Below are positions 8,625-18,299 of a stretch of 64,000 nt of DNA, piece after piece. The notes under the pieces were generated by a model. The model worked only from the letters and a program-made list of their open reading frames with translations, ran no database searches and was not told the DNA's origin. Source of the DNA: an uncultured delta proteobacterium (lineage in GTDB: Bacteria; Desulfobacterota; Binatia; UBA9968); assembly GCA_963816145.1 (NCBI GenBank), contig CAWFJP010000001.1, forward strand, positions 288,001-352,000. The letters run 5' to 3'. Within the stretch, counting starts at the first letter, position 1. The number at the start of each line of letters is the position of its first letter. The position numbers and the translations under genes are program-made.

Positions 8625-10553
8625 ATGAGTCTCGGAAAAATCTTTGGCCTTTATACCGTCTGCTTTCTCGGCGTCACCATTTTGATCGGCTTGGCGGAGA
8701 AGTTTCTCGGCCTGTCGCCGCAATGGATCGGCTGGATCTTCATGGGCCTCTCGCTGGGCATCTACATCGTCATCGGTATCGTCACGCGCACGTCCAACCC
8801 GGATCAATACTATGTCGCTGGCCGCGGCGTGCCGGCCGTGTTTAACGGGATGGCGACAGGTTCGGACTGGATGTCGGCCGCATCGTTTATTTCCATGGCC
8901 GGTGCTCTCTCGGCCCAGGGTTTTGCCGGTCTCGCCTACGTAATGGGCTGGACTGGCGGCTACTTGCTGCTCGCCGTGTTTCTCGGTCCTTATCTGCGGC
9001 AATTTGGCGCTTACACGATTCCCGACTTCCTTGGCGCGCGCTACGGTGGCAACCTGGCGCGCGTCATCGGCGTCATCGCAGCGATTGCATGTTCATTTAC
9101 CTACTTGATCGCGCAGGTCACCGGCGTTGGCTTGATCGTATCGCGGTTCATCGGCTTGGATTTTTCGATCGGTGTCTTTGCCGGATTGATCGGAGTGCTC
9201 TTTTGCTCGGTTCTCGGCGGCATGAAATCGGTCACTTGGACACAAGTCGCCCAGTATATCATCTTGATCGTTTCGTACCTGGTGCCGGTCGTTTACCTTT
9301 CGTACCAGCTATTTTCGATACCCGTTCCAGAATTGAGCTATGGACGGGTACTACAAATCAACAATGGTAAGGCGCTCGAAATCACGCGCGATTCCAAGGA
9401 AAAAGAAACGCGCGCGCTCTGGAAGAAAGATGCCGACGACGCTAATGCGAAAATCAAAGTCGGCAATCTCACCGATGCGGAAACCGACAAACTGAAGGCG
9501 ACGGCTAAAACCGCCACCCAGCAAGCCACCGCGCCCGCAGCGAGTGACGACGCCAAAGTTGGCCGATATTTGACCGTGCCGAGCGGCGTGGGAATGTGGA
9601 ACTTTCTCGCCCTGACTTTTTGCTTGATGGTCGGCACGGCGGGACTGCCGCATATCCTCACGCGCTATTACACCACGCCATCGGTTCGCCAAGCGCGCAC
9701 CTCAGTGGCATGGTCACTCTTTTTCATCTTTCTGCTTTATTTCACCGCACCGGCCTACGCCGCTTTCGCCCGGTTTACGATCTACGTCAAACTGGTCGGC
9801 ACCAATATAGCCGACTTGCCGCGCTGGATCACTCTCTGGCAGCCGGCAGGGCTTTTCGAAGTCGTCGATAAGAATGGTGATGGCATCGTTCAGTGGGCTG
9901 ATTTCGTGGTCAAGTCAACGGACTTCGTCGTGTTGTCCATGCCTGAGGTTGCCGGGCTACCGTTCGTGATCACCGGTCTGGTCATGGCCGGTGGTCTTGC
10001 GGCTGCGCTCTCCACCGCGGACGGCTTGTTGCTGACCATCGCCAACGCCTTCTCCCATGACTTGTATTACAACGTGATCGACCCCAAGGCATCTCTGACC
10101 AAGAGACTTACGATCACCAAAATACTGCTGGTCGTCACCGCTCTGGTTGCCGCTTGGGTAGCGACATTCCGAGTCGCCATCATCGTTGAGTTGGTCGCCT
10201 GGGCATTTAGTTTAGCCGGGGCGTCGTTCTTTCCGGCACTGGTAATGGGCATTTGGTGGAAGCGGGCGAACAAAACTGGCGCTTGTGTTGGCATGATCGC
10301 CGGATTGGCCGTAACCGCCTATTACATGATCGGTAGCCGATTTTACGGTGTCTCTTGGTTCGGCACCCAGACCATCGCCTCGGCGGTCTTCGGTTTACCG
10401 GTGGGCTTCGTGGTCATCTGGATCGTCTCACTCATGACCGAAGCACCACCGAAAGAAGTCCAAGATCTAGTCGCCGACGTGCGCTACCCAAGGAGCGGTC
10501 AAGCCACCACTGGCGACCCATTGGGAAGAGACGCTGCTGTAGGCGCGCATTAA
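8625..10553 (+). CDS. actP: Sodium:solute symporter, cation/acetate symporter ActP-like
   Basis: YYVAGRGVP, NGMATGSDWMSAASF, YTIPDFLGARY, GTAGLPHILTRYYT, AAALSTADGLLL. Confidence 0.85.
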   Translation: MSLGKIFGLYTVCFLGVTILIGLAEKFLGLSPQWIGWIFMGLSLGIYIVIGIVTRTSNPDQYYVAGRGVPAVFNGMATGSDWMSAASFISMAGALSAQGFAGLAYVMGWTGGYLLLAVFLGPYLRQFGAYTIPDFLGARYGGNLARVIGVIAAIACSFTYLIAQVTGVGLIVSRFIGLDFSIGVFAGLIGVLFCSVLGGMKSVTWTQVAQYIILIVSYLVPVVYLSYQLFSIPVPELSYGRVLQINNGKALEITRDSKEKETRALWKKDADDANAKIKVGNLTDAETDKLKATAKTATQQATAPAASDDAKVGRYLTVPSGVGMWNFLALTFCLMVGTAGLPHILTRYYTTPSVRQARTSVAWSLFFIFLLYFTAPAYAAFARFTIYVKLVGTNIADLPRWITLWQPAGLFEVVDKNGDGIVQWADFVVKSTDFVVLSMPEVAGLPFVITGLVMAGGLAAALSTADGLLLTIANAFSHDLYYNVIDPKASLTKRLTITKILLVVTALVAAWVATFRVAIIVELVAWAFSLAGASFFPALVMGIWWKRANKTGACVGMIAGLAVTAYYMIGSRFYGVSWFGTQTIASAVFGLPVGFVVIWIVSLMTEAPPKEVQDLVADVRYPRSGQATTGDPLGRDAAVGAH

Positions 10554-10566
10554 GAACTCCTTCACA

Positions 10567-10598
10567 CCGGGGCGAGGCGAAATTGCACCTCGCCCCGG
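10567..10598 (+). terminator. GC-rich hairpin after the symporter (no U-tract)
   Basis: CCGGGGCGAGG-loop-CCTCGCCCCGG. Confidence 0.45.
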
Positions 10599-10613
10599 CG
10601 GACCATCGCTACC

Positions 10614-10892
10614 TTGACCGATCCCGTCGCCCAAATCATTTTACTGCTGCGTTTCTTCTGCTTCATGGCGGTGTTCTATCTCGCCTTGCACAAGATCATC
10701 GCGCGCTGGATCCGCAAGCCGGATAGCAAACTGCTGTGGTTCTTCGCCGTGATCACCGCGCCGCTCACTTCGCCGGTGAAAAAATGGTCAAACCCAGACG
10801 CAACCGATGACCAAATCGTCACCTATGCCCTGATTTTTTACGGGCTCGTCTGGATGCTGCTCATATTCGCTGGCCGCTATTGGTTAAATTGA
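10614..10892 (+). CDS. Small membrane protein (possibly YggT-like)
   Basis: Hydrophobic segments and FFAVITAPLTSPV. Confidence 0.55.
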   Translation: MTDPVAQIILLLRFFCFMAVFYLALHKIIARWIRKPDSKLLWFFAVITAPLTSPVKKWSNPDATDDQIVTYALIFYGLVWMLLIFAGRYWLN

Positions 10893-10997
10893 GCTTGCTG
10901 AATCAGCGCGGCGCTGTTTGCTCAAGCACGCCTCGTCGCACTAGATTGACACCATGACCCTAAATAGTGATCAGAATCGGCAAACCCTACATTTGCG

Positions 10998-12413
10998 GTG
11001 AGTTCGCACATGACTTTCAACGACGCCACACTCGCCCTGCCGGTAAAGCAACTGATCAAGCGCGCGCCGTTAATCGTCGACCCCGATGTCAACGTCGCCC
11101 AAGCCGCCCAAGCGATGCAAACCGCAAGGGTCGGCTCCATACTCATCGGCAGTGAACCGCCTGGTATCGTCACTGACCGAGATCTGCGCGGTCGGGTTCT
11201 TGCCGCCGGTCTCGGGTCGGATACCGTCATCAGCCAAGTCATGTCACGGCCATTGGTTACCATCGACTCCGGGGCGCCGGCGTTCGCCGCCCTGCGCCTC
11301 ATGCTCGAAGAAAACATCCATCATCTGATCGTAACCGAGGAAGGGAAAATCGTCGGTGTCATCAGTGCCACCGATCTATTGCTGCTGGACGGACAGAATC
11401 CGCTTTATCTGCGCAGCGTGATTGAGAAATGGGGCGAATCTCACGTAGCTGCGGTGAATTACGCCGAGGAGATCGGCAATCTAGTGCACACTCTCCACGA
11501 CAGCGGCCTGGCGGCGATTCACATCAGCCAGCTCGTCTCCAGCCTTAACGACGCTTTGGTCAAACGTTTCGTCGCTCTCGCGGTTGAACGACTCGGCCCT
11601 GCGCCGACGCCATTTGCCTGGATCGTCTTCGGCTCCGAAGGACGGCTCGAACAGACGCTTCTCACCGATCAGGACAACGCGCTGATTTACCAACACGACT
11701 CCGATGCCGCGCGCGATTATTTCGCCGCGCTGGCCAAGCAAGTTGTCGACGCTTTAATTAAAGCCGGTTTCCCGCCCTGCGCCGGCGGTTTCATGGCGAC
11801 CCATTGGTGTAAGCCGCTCGCGGCGTGGCAAGAACTTTTTACCGACTGGATACGCCTGCCCAAGCCGCAAGCGCTGCTTGACGCGGCGATCTTTTTCGAT
11901 TTTCGTCCGGTGGCCGGAACCCTTCCGTTAAATGCGTTGGAAGAAATCGTCGGCGCCGCCAAATCCGAGAAACTGTTTCTCTCCCACTTGGCCCGCGGCG
12001 CGCTCGATTTTTATCCGCCCTTGGGATTCTTCAATCGCCTGCGCAGCGAAAACGGCAAAATCGACTTAAAAAAAGGCGCCATCGCGCCGATCGTCGGATT
12101 AGCCCGCGTCGCCGCCATCGCCGCTGGTGCGCGCGAGCGCTCGACACTCGAACGGCTCGAGATCGTGAAGACTTCCAGCTCCCTGCTGAGCCGCGACGAT
12201 GCGACAACCCTCGCAGATATTTTCCCAATGCTTTTTCAACTTCGCCTGAGCGCGCAACTCAGCGCCCGTGCGTCGAAGGCCAGCATTGATCACAACGTGC
12301 GCCTGGCAGATTTGACAGAATTACAACGACGCCATCTCAAAGAAGCCCTCGTCATTATCAAGCAAATCCAAAACGGCGTTCGCGCAGCCTGGCAGCTTGA
12401 CCAGTTGGCTTAG
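10998..12413 (+). CDS. CBS pair + DUF294 putative nucleotidyltransferase + DUF294_C
   Basis: GIVTDRDLR, FGSEGRLEQTLLTDQDNAL, CAGGFMA, IFFDFR, IDLKKGAIAPIV; typical neighbour of actP. Confidence 0.85.
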   Translation: MSSHMTFNDATLALPVKQLIKRAPLIVDPDVNVAQAAQAMQTARVGSILIGSEPPGIVTDRDLRGRVLAAGLGSDTVISQVMSRPLVTIDSGAPAFAALRLMLEENIHHLIVTEEGKIVGVISATDLLLLDGQNPLYLRSVIEKWGESHVAAVNYAEEIGNLVHTLHDSGLAAIHISQLVSSLNDALVKRFVALAVERLGPAPTPFAWIVFGSEGRLEQTLLTDQDNALIYQHDSDAARDYFAALAKQVVDALIKAGFPPCAGGFMATHWCKPLAAWQELFTDWIRLPKPQALLDAAIFFDFRPVAGTLPLNALEEIVGAAKSEKLFLSHLARGALDFYPPLGFFNRLRSENGKIDLKKGAIAPIVGLARVAAIAAGARERSTLERLEIVKTSSSLLSRDDATTLADIFPMLFQLRLSAQLSARASKASIDHNVRLADLTELQRRHLKEALVIIKQIQNGVRAAWQLDQLA

Positions 12414-13204
12414 TCCTGCCAATCAAACCTTGCCATGATCGCGATATGATCCGACGGTTCTTCCGCCGACGGCAGGATGGTCTGGCCATCGATCCGGCGC
12501 ACCACTGACGCCTCGGCGTACAGTCCTCGCGAGTAGAATAGATAATCGATCAGCCGCGCGCTGCCGCCGATGTTGCAGCTAGAGACATCCGACATGGAGT
12601 GGTGGGCGAATTGCAGGCCCGATTGCAGAACCACCGCGACAATCTCGCTTTCCGCTGTGACATTGAAATCGCCACTGATGATCCAAGCGCTGGCGTCGGC
12701 AGCGCGGCTTTGGTATTCCGTCAAGCATTGTTGCACTTGACGCAAGCCGCGCCGGACTTCCCGGCTGGTGTTGGGCGGGTCCCAGGTCAGATGCGTGTTG
12801 ATCACGCCGAGTGTCTTGTCGCCGTTACGCAACATTGCCACCTGGGCGATGTAGCCGGTATCCTGCACAACGCCGGCGCCATCAGCGTAGGCGATGATCC
12901 GCGAGCCAATCCAGTCAAAGCGCGCCCGCCGATAGAAAACCGCCAGTCCCTCGGGCCTGCCTGCCAGCTTCCGCGCATACTCACCACCATAGCCGCGCTC
13001 GCCGAGAAAGGTGCGCAAGGCGACGAAAGTTTCCGGCTCGACTTCCTGCAGGCAAAAAAGATCGGCGTTGAGTTTACAAATATGCTGCACCAACGCCGGC
13101 ACACGCCATGCGGGATCCAACACCAAAGCCGGAGTGCGCCGGTACCAGGCGCGCTGAATGTACGCGCTGGCAAGAACATTATAGGAGGCCGCGATGAACG
13201 ACAT
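12410..13204 (-). CDS. Endonuclease/exonuclease/phosphatase (CCR4/nocturnin-like)
   Basis: SYNVLA, LFCLQEV, NTHL, GDFN, IDYLFY, PSDH; start taken at ATG 13204. Confidence 0.8.
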   Translation of the reverse strand: MSFIAASYNVLASAYIQRAWYRRTPALVLDPAWRVPALVQHICKLNADLFCLQEVEPETFVALRTFLGERGYGGEYARKLAGRPEGLAVFYRRARFDWIGSRIIAYADGAGVVQDTGYIAQVAMLRNGDKTLGVINTHLTWDPPNTSREVRRGLRQVQQCLTEYQSRAADASAWIISGDFNVTAESEIVAVVLQSGLQFAHHSMSDVSSCNIGGSARLIDYLFYSRGLYAEASVVRRIDGQTILPSAEEPSDHIAIMARFDWQD

Positions 13205-13340
13205 AGAAGATTGGTTATTCCAGCCCTGCGCCCGATGCAAGCTCATTCCTTTTTTGCGTTCCTTGCGTTGCAATGGTTTAGAATTTGCCTGGGGAATGCA
13301 AATGATCCGTGCGGCGAACGCTCTCGGACCCGGGTAATTT

Positions 13341-13509
13341 TCCCGAAAAGCCTGTCCTGAGCTTCGTCGAAGGGGCGCAAAGTTCGGAATTGTTGTCATT
13401 TCGACCCTTGGGAGAAATCTTTCTTAGATCCCTCGTGTTTCCTCGGCATGACGGGCATCGCCCGTCACCTTTGCGGCCTTGGCGTCTTTGCGGGAGATAA
13501 TCCGAATCC
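13341..13509. repeat. Nested composite palindromic element (family A arms, CCTGTCCTGAGC insert, family G core)
   Basis: TCCCGAAAAG[CCTGTCCTGAGCTTCGTCGAAGG]GGCGCAAAG...TGTCATTTCGA...AGATCCCTCG...ATGAC...CTTTGCGGCCTTGGCGTCTTTGCGGGAGATAATCCGAATCC. Confidence 0.75.
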
Positions 13510-13517
13510 TAATGGAC

Positions 13518-13553
13518 AAAAAAAGGGGGCGGAAGTGACTCCGTCCCCTTTTT
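13518..13553 (-). terminator. Intrinsic terminator, possibly bidirectional
   Basis: AAAAAAAGGGGGCGGA-agtgac-TCCGTCCCCTTTTT downstream of the glutaredoxin gene. Confidence 0.75.
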
Positions 13554-13582
13554 CGTCGATGAATTGACGATTCGCTGATCGG

Positions 13583-13822
13583 CTACAGGAACTTTCCGAC
13601 AAGAAATTGATTGATCTCCTCGGAACCCTTGATCAGCTTGCCATCGATCACCAACACCGGCACGGTTTTAGCGCCGGTGAGTTGAATCAGCTCCTTCTCG
13701 TTGTCCGGGTTTTCCCGGATATTCTTCTTGACGATTTTATCTTCGCAATGAAGATTGACCATGCAGTTGAGCACACTCTGGGAAAAGCCGCATTCATTGT
13801 AAAAGTAAAGTTCCATCGCCAT
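13583..13822 (-). CDS. Glutaredoxin-like protein (CGFS motif)
   Basis: YNECGFS, TVPVLVIDG, GSEEI. Confidence 0.8.
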   Translation of the reverse strand: MAMELYFYNECGFSQSVLNCMVNLHCEDKIVKKNIRENPDNEKELIQLTGAKTVPVLVIDGKLIKGSEEINQFLVGKFL

Positions 13823-13827
13823 GGTCG

Positions 13828-14298
13828 TTAACCTTGGTTAATTTTTTGACACTCCGTCAACAGCTCTTTGGGATTACGTTCTCCTGCCGGTGTCACCGAT
13901 ACCGCGTAGCGCACGACGCCCTGCTTATCGATAATCACAGTGGCGCGGTCGGTGATGCCTTTGTCGTCGAGATACGCGCCATATTTCTTGGCCATATCTC
14001 CTTTGGGGTGAAAGTCTTGAAGCAGTGGGAAGGAGATGCCGCCCAGCGATTTTGCCCAGTTGTCATGGGAGAATCTGCTGTCGACGCTAACACCCAAAAC
14101 TTGGGTGTCGCAGTCCTTGAACTCGCCCTTTAGCGCTTCGAGTCCAGGAACCTCCTTGCTTCAAGTCGGTGTCCAATCCAATGGATAGAACACCAACATG
14201 ACATTTTTATGACCTTTGAACTGTTTAAGGCTGAACTTGGTTCCGGCCAAGTGACTTGCCAGCTCAAAATCGGGCGCTTCTTGTCCGACTCCGATCAT
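13828..14298 (-). CDS. Peroxiredoxin (AhpC/TSA, AhpE-like), probable selenoprotein with UGA at codon 46
   Basis: FYPLDWTPT-TGA(14163-14161)-SKEVPGLEALKGEFKDCDTQVLGVSVDS continues in frame; UGA sits at the peroxidatic Cys position of PxxxTxxC; AGGAGG RBS. Confidence 0.85.
14113..14151 (-). promoter_or_regulatory. Candidate bacterial SECIS hairpin
   Basis: Starts 9 nt 3' of the UGA: GTTCCTGGACTCG / CGAGTTCAAGGAC (13 positions, one mismatch). Confidence 0.45.
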
Positions 14299-14455
14299 GA
14301 TGATTTTTCCTCCTGATAAAATTAAGCGTTTCGTCGAACGCCCGGAGGGTAATATAAGCATCGACCGGCAATTTTCAATGCGGTCGGCGCAGCAAAGCCA
14401 AATTGCAATCTAAGTTATTGCTTGCTCGAATAGAAAGAAACGCGGGGATCGTGCG

Positions 14456-14487
14456 CTGCCCGACGGGAGCATTTGCCCGCCGGGCAG
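14456..14487 (-). terminator. Hairpin downstream of tpx
   Basis: CTGCCCGACGGG...CCCGCCGGGCAG. Confidence 0.4.
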
Positions 14488-14512
14488 GACGCTTAATTGG
14501 AGAAAAACAATT

Positions 14513-15016
14513 TCACTTCGCAGCGGCTAGAGCGGCGTCGTAGTTCGGATGCTCGCCGATGCTGCCGACATACTCGACATGCTTGAGCTTGTTATCAGCG
14601 CCGACGACAAAAACCGCGCGCGCCAGTACACGATCGAGCGGCCCGCCCGAAATCAAAAGGCCGTAATTCTTTCCGAACGAGGCCTCACGATGATCGCTTG
14701 CGGTGATGATCTTGTCGACGCTGGAAGCGCCGCACCAGCGCTTCTGGGCAAATGGCAGATCCATGCTGACGACAACCATCTCGACATTGTTCAGCTTGCT
14801 CGCCTCTTCGTTGAAACGCTTGGCCTCCAGATCGCACACCGGCGTATCCAACGAAGGCACGGTCGCGATAATTCTGGTTTTCCCTGCACCGCTCGCCAAC
14901 GTATAGTCGCTCATGTCGGCGCTTTTCTGAACTTTGAAATCCGGCGCAGGCTGACCGACCTTTACCTCGTTGCCCAGCAAGGTCAGAACGCTGTCCTTGA
15001 ACTTAACTGTAGCCAT
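14513..15016 (-). CDS. tpx: Thiol peroxidase (Tpx)
   Basis: VPSLDTPVCDLE, SMDLPFAQKRWC, LARAVFVV, HPNYDAAL. Confidence 0.9.
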   Translation of the reverse strand: MATVKFKDSVLTLLGNEVKVGQPAPDFKVQKSADMSDYTLASGAGKTRIIATVPSLDTPVCDLEAKRFNEEASKLNNVEMVVVSMDLPFAQKRWCGASSVDKIITASDHREASFGKNYGLLISGGPLDRVLARAVFVVGADNKLKHVEYVGSIGEHPNYDAALAAAK

Positions 15017-15085
15017 AATCTTTCCTCCTGTGATTTTTCAATTCGAAACCAACCGCAACCGTTTTACTTAGTTCAACCTAAACTA

Positions 15086-15820
15086 TCAAGGCAGATTATC
15101 TCGACCTTCTCGGCTGAATTTGAATTCAGTGCTGACATGCCCCCAAGAGGCAAATCGCGAAAATTCATGCAATACCGTCGTGGTCGGCGGCAGGATCGGA
15201 AAATCGCGCCGGTTCATGCGCGCTAACGCCTCGCCCGGCTTGATCCATAGACTGTGCGTCACCTCTTCAGAGCGTGCAAGTGGCGTTTGTCTTGGCGGCA
15301 GAACCGCGGCATAAAAACGTGTATCGAAGCGCATCGAATAGATGTCCGGCGTCACCCAATGATCGAAGTAGATGGCCCGTGAAAGATCGCAGTAAAGATT
15401 CTCCGACTCCAGAAAGCCGGCGAAGTCCAGCTCCTTTTTTACAATCGCCTGGCGTTTCTGCTCCACCCTCCGTTGGATAGCTTCATCAATCGGCTGAAAC
15501 GGCGCGCCGGACTCGGTAACGCAAAGCAGAACCCCGACCTCTTCGAACAACTCCCGCGCCACCGCCACCCAATGGCCGATGGCTTCGTCCGGCTCGTGAC
15601 GGCTGCCGAGAATCTGCCGCGCCTTCGCGCCGGTCAAGTGCCGGCAGCGCCGCAGCATCGCCGCCGAGTAATCGTCGCGATGCACCGTGCCGCCGGGAAA
15701 AACATAGAACCCGCCAAGAAAGCGCATCGTCTCCGGTCGCCGCGTCAGTAAAATATCGAAGCCGCCCTGTTCATCAGGGCGCAGCAGAACAACAGTGGAG
15801 GCGTTACGCGGTTGAACCAT
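15086..15820 (-). CDS. NUDIX hydrolase (Nudt19-like)
   Basis: PRNASTVVLLR, YVFPGG, ARELFEEVG, HWVTP...RFDTRFY. Confidence 0.85.
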   Translation of the reverse strand: MVQPRNASTVVLLRPDEQGGFDILLTRRPETMRFLGGFYVFPGGTVHRDDYSAAMLRRCRHLTGAKARQILGSRHEPDEAIGHWVAVARELFEEVGVLLCVTESGAPFQPIDEAIQRRVEQKRQAIVKKELDFAGFLESENLYCDLSRAIYFDHWVTPDIYSMRFDTRFYAAVLPPRQTPLARSEEVTHSLWIKPGEALARMNRRDFPILPPTTTVLHEFSRFASWGHVSTEFKFSREGRDNLP

Positions 15821-15836
15821 ATCTCACGTTAGCGGC

Positions 15837-15906
15837 CGTAAAGGGTTAGGCGTGAAGGGTAAGGGGATTTTCGGACGCCCTTACCCCTTGCCCCTCACCC
15901 CTTACG
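15837..15906. repeat. Complete family D palindromic element
   Basis: CGTAAAGGGTTAGGCGTGAAGGGTAAGGG...CCCTTACCCCTTGCCCCTCACCCCTTACG. Confidence 0.8.
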
Positions 15907-15914
15907 ATTTTCGG

Positions 15915-16967
15915 CTATTTCCGGCCGATTTCCCGCAGCAATTTCTCCCACTTCTCACTTTCCTTTTCGTACATCTCCACGGTCATGCCGGCTTCGGCAT
16001 AGAAGCGCTTGAACGCCGGCTTGTTGAGTGCGCTGTCGAGGCCGTATTTGCCGAGAAACTTCTGCCCCTCGGGGCTCAGCAGGAAATCGCCGAACAGCAG
16101 CGCCCCGTACGGATGCGGTGCATTCACGGGCACAGCCACACCGCCGGCGTTGGTCGGCACCAGATCCATAGGCAGCCATTTGATCGGCGCGCCCTTGGCG
16201 ATCGATACCCGCGAATGGCTCTGAAAAACCGTCGGTGAAACACCCAACTCTCCTGAGATCACCAGGTCGAGAATCGCCCGGCCGGATACCGGATGCAGAC
16301 TGATCTGCTGCGATTTCAATTTTTGGATGTACTCAGCGCCCTTGCTCGCCAGCATGGCCGCAATGACGCGGGAACCGGTGTCGGTCGTGGCAAAACCGAT
16401 TTTGCCCTTCAGTTCCGGTTTCAGCAGATCGTCGAAGTTTTTCGGAATCGCGTTGCCCTGCACGGAATTCGTGTTGTAGGCCAGGCTAATGTAAGACTCA
16501 CGGTCGGTGGCCCAATACACCAGCGCCCTGTCTGCTTTCTCCTTGGTCTCGTCCGGGTAAGCTGACAGATAAGGCGAAAAATACGGCTGCAATAGTTTCA
16601 GCTCTTGAGTCACCTTCAAAACCGGGAACGTCGTCTCGATGGTATCGACGATGTACCTCTTCGCTTGCGCCTCCTGCATGATCCGCGACATCAAAGCATC
16701 GCTGTCGCCGCGATAGACTTCGACGGCGACGCCCGGATATTTGGCGTTGAAGACCTTGGGCATGTCGGTGTTCGGCCCGCCGGTGAGCGATGTGTACCAA
16801 GTCACCACGCCTTCTTTCTTCGCGCCTTCATACAGCATCTTCTCGCGGTCGGGCCGGTTGTACGCCGCCAGCTCCGCCATCGATCTCGGCTTGCCGCTCT
16901 GTGCCGAACTCGGGATTGGCGCGCAAAGTGGAATTAGCAGTATTAAAACGATCAAGCGCATCAACAT
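15915..16967 (-). CDS. ABC transporter substrate-binding protein (Fe3+/polyamine-type)
   Basis: Signal peptide, GAKKEGVVTWYTS, LAYNT, DLLKPELKGKI, APHPYGALLFGDFLLSPEGQ. Confidence 0.85.
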   Translation of the reverse strand: MLMRLIVLILLIPLCAPIPSSAQSGKPRSMAELAAYNRPDREKMLYEGAKKEGVVTWYTSLTGGPNTDMPKVFNAKYPGVAVEVYRGDSDALMSRIMQEAQAKRYIVDTIETTFPVLKVTQELKLLQPYFSPYLSAYPDETKEKADRALVYWATDRESYISLAYNTNSVQGNAIPKNFDDLLKPELKGKIGFATTDTGSRVIAAMLASKGAEYIQKLKSQQISLHPVSGRAILDLVISGELGVSPTVFQSHSRVSIAKGAPIKWLPMDLVPTNAGGVAVPVNAPHPYGALLFGDFLLSPEGQKFLGKYGLDSALNKPAFKRFYAEAGMTVEMYEKESEKWEKLLREIGRK

Positions 16968-16972
16968 TCTCC

Positions 16973-17171
16973 AATTTTTTTCCGGATTCAGATTATCTCC
17001 CGCAAAGCCTGTCCTGAGCTTTGTCGAAGGGGTGCAAAGACGCCAAGTTCGGAAATATGATTTCGGAAATTTGTTCTTGTTATTTTGATAAACTTTGCAT
17101 CTTGGCGCGTTGGCGGGAGAATCTCTCGATTCCGAAAACCCCTAACCCTTCACCCCTCACGCCTTACGTTC
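16973..17171. repeat. Composite element (tail, family A palindrome, family D arm); left bracket of the signalling module
   Basis: TCCGGATTCAGATTATCTCCCGCAAAG[...]...CTTGGCGCGTTGGCGGGAGA...CCTAACCCTTCACCCCTCACGCCTTACGTTC; inverted counterpart at 33888-34147. Confidence 0.75.
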
Positions 17172-18289
17172 CTATTCTTTAAGTCCCAGCACATTGTACG
17201 CTGTCACCGCGCGCTGGAAACCTTTTAGCGTCAATTCGCCAATGGGGTCGACCTCGGCGAGATCGGTGATGCTGGCCAAAAACCGTTGGGGTATCAAAAT
17301 CTGTCCGGGCTTGGCCTCGCCGCATAGACGCGCCGCGAGATTGCACACCGTACCGATGGAGCCGTAGTCCCAACGCCCCTCGAAACCGATGGCGCCGATG
17401 GTCGCGTAACCTTGGGCGATGCCGATGCCCATGCCGATGTCATAGCCGAGTTTGCTCCAAGCGCTGCCTATCGACTCGAAGCGCCCGCGCATCGCCAGCG
17501 CCATGCGCACCGCGCGTTCCTGCGGGTTGGGCACCGGCAGCGGGTCGTTGAATAACACCATCATGCCGTCGCCGATGAAGCACTCTAGGGTCCCCTCGTG
17601 CTCCATGATCAGTTGGCCCATGGCGGCGTGATATTCACGCAGCACAGCCATGACTTCCTCGGGCTCGGCGGTTTCCGCAAACGCCGTGAAACCGCGCAGA
17701 TCGAGAAAGACCACTGTGACATCGCGCCGGTGCGTCTTGAGCGGATCGTCCGCGCCGCCCGCGACGATCAACTCGGCCAACTGCGGGGAAAAAAAACGTT
17801 TCAATCGTTCCAGTCGTTCCAATTGTTCCAGCTGGGATTGCACGCGCTGTTCCAGCGTCTTGTTCCACTCCGCAAGTTGCCGCAGCTTGCGCTTGCACCA
17901 TGTCGTGCAGTTCTTTGACACGCAACAGCGACTTTACGCGTGCCAGCAGCTCCGGCTTGATTGATCGGTTTGCTGAGAAAATCGTCCGCGCCGGCTTCGA
18001 TGCCCTTCACCCGCTCCTGGGACGGATCGAGCGCCGTCACCATCACCACCGGGAGCATTTTCGTCGCCGGTTTCTCGCGAATCGCATGGCAGACCTCGTA
18101 ACCGCTCATCCCAGGCATAACCACGTCCAACAAAACCAAATCCGGCGACTCGTCATCGATCTTCGCCAACGCCTCCTGCCCCGACGCAGCCGTCACCACC
18201 TCATAGCCCTTCACGCCCAGCAGATCGGCCAATAGCTTCACATTGCGCGGCGTATCGTCGACAACCATTATTTTCGCGGGTGTGTTCAC
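17172..18289 (-). CDS. Response regulator receiver + class III adenylate/guanylate cyclase; two frameshifts near 17958 and 17880
   Basis: REC (VVDD, LLDVVMP, GADDFLSKP) then VFLDLRGFT, FIGDG, GIAQG, IGTVCNLAARLC; frames join if single extra bases are removed. Confidence 0.85.
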
Positions 18290-18299
18290 GGTAGAATCC

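Noticed and set aside
13205-13399. N-terminal extension of the EEP ORF; similar extensions at 18816-18860, 48443-48502 and 61691-61924
   Set aside because: These translate through or from intergenic repeat elements; better starts lie downstream
14161-14361. 66-aa truncated ORF or nonsense pseudogene
   Set aside because: The TGA falls exactly at the catalytic Cys position and the frame continues intact; Sec readthrough fits better
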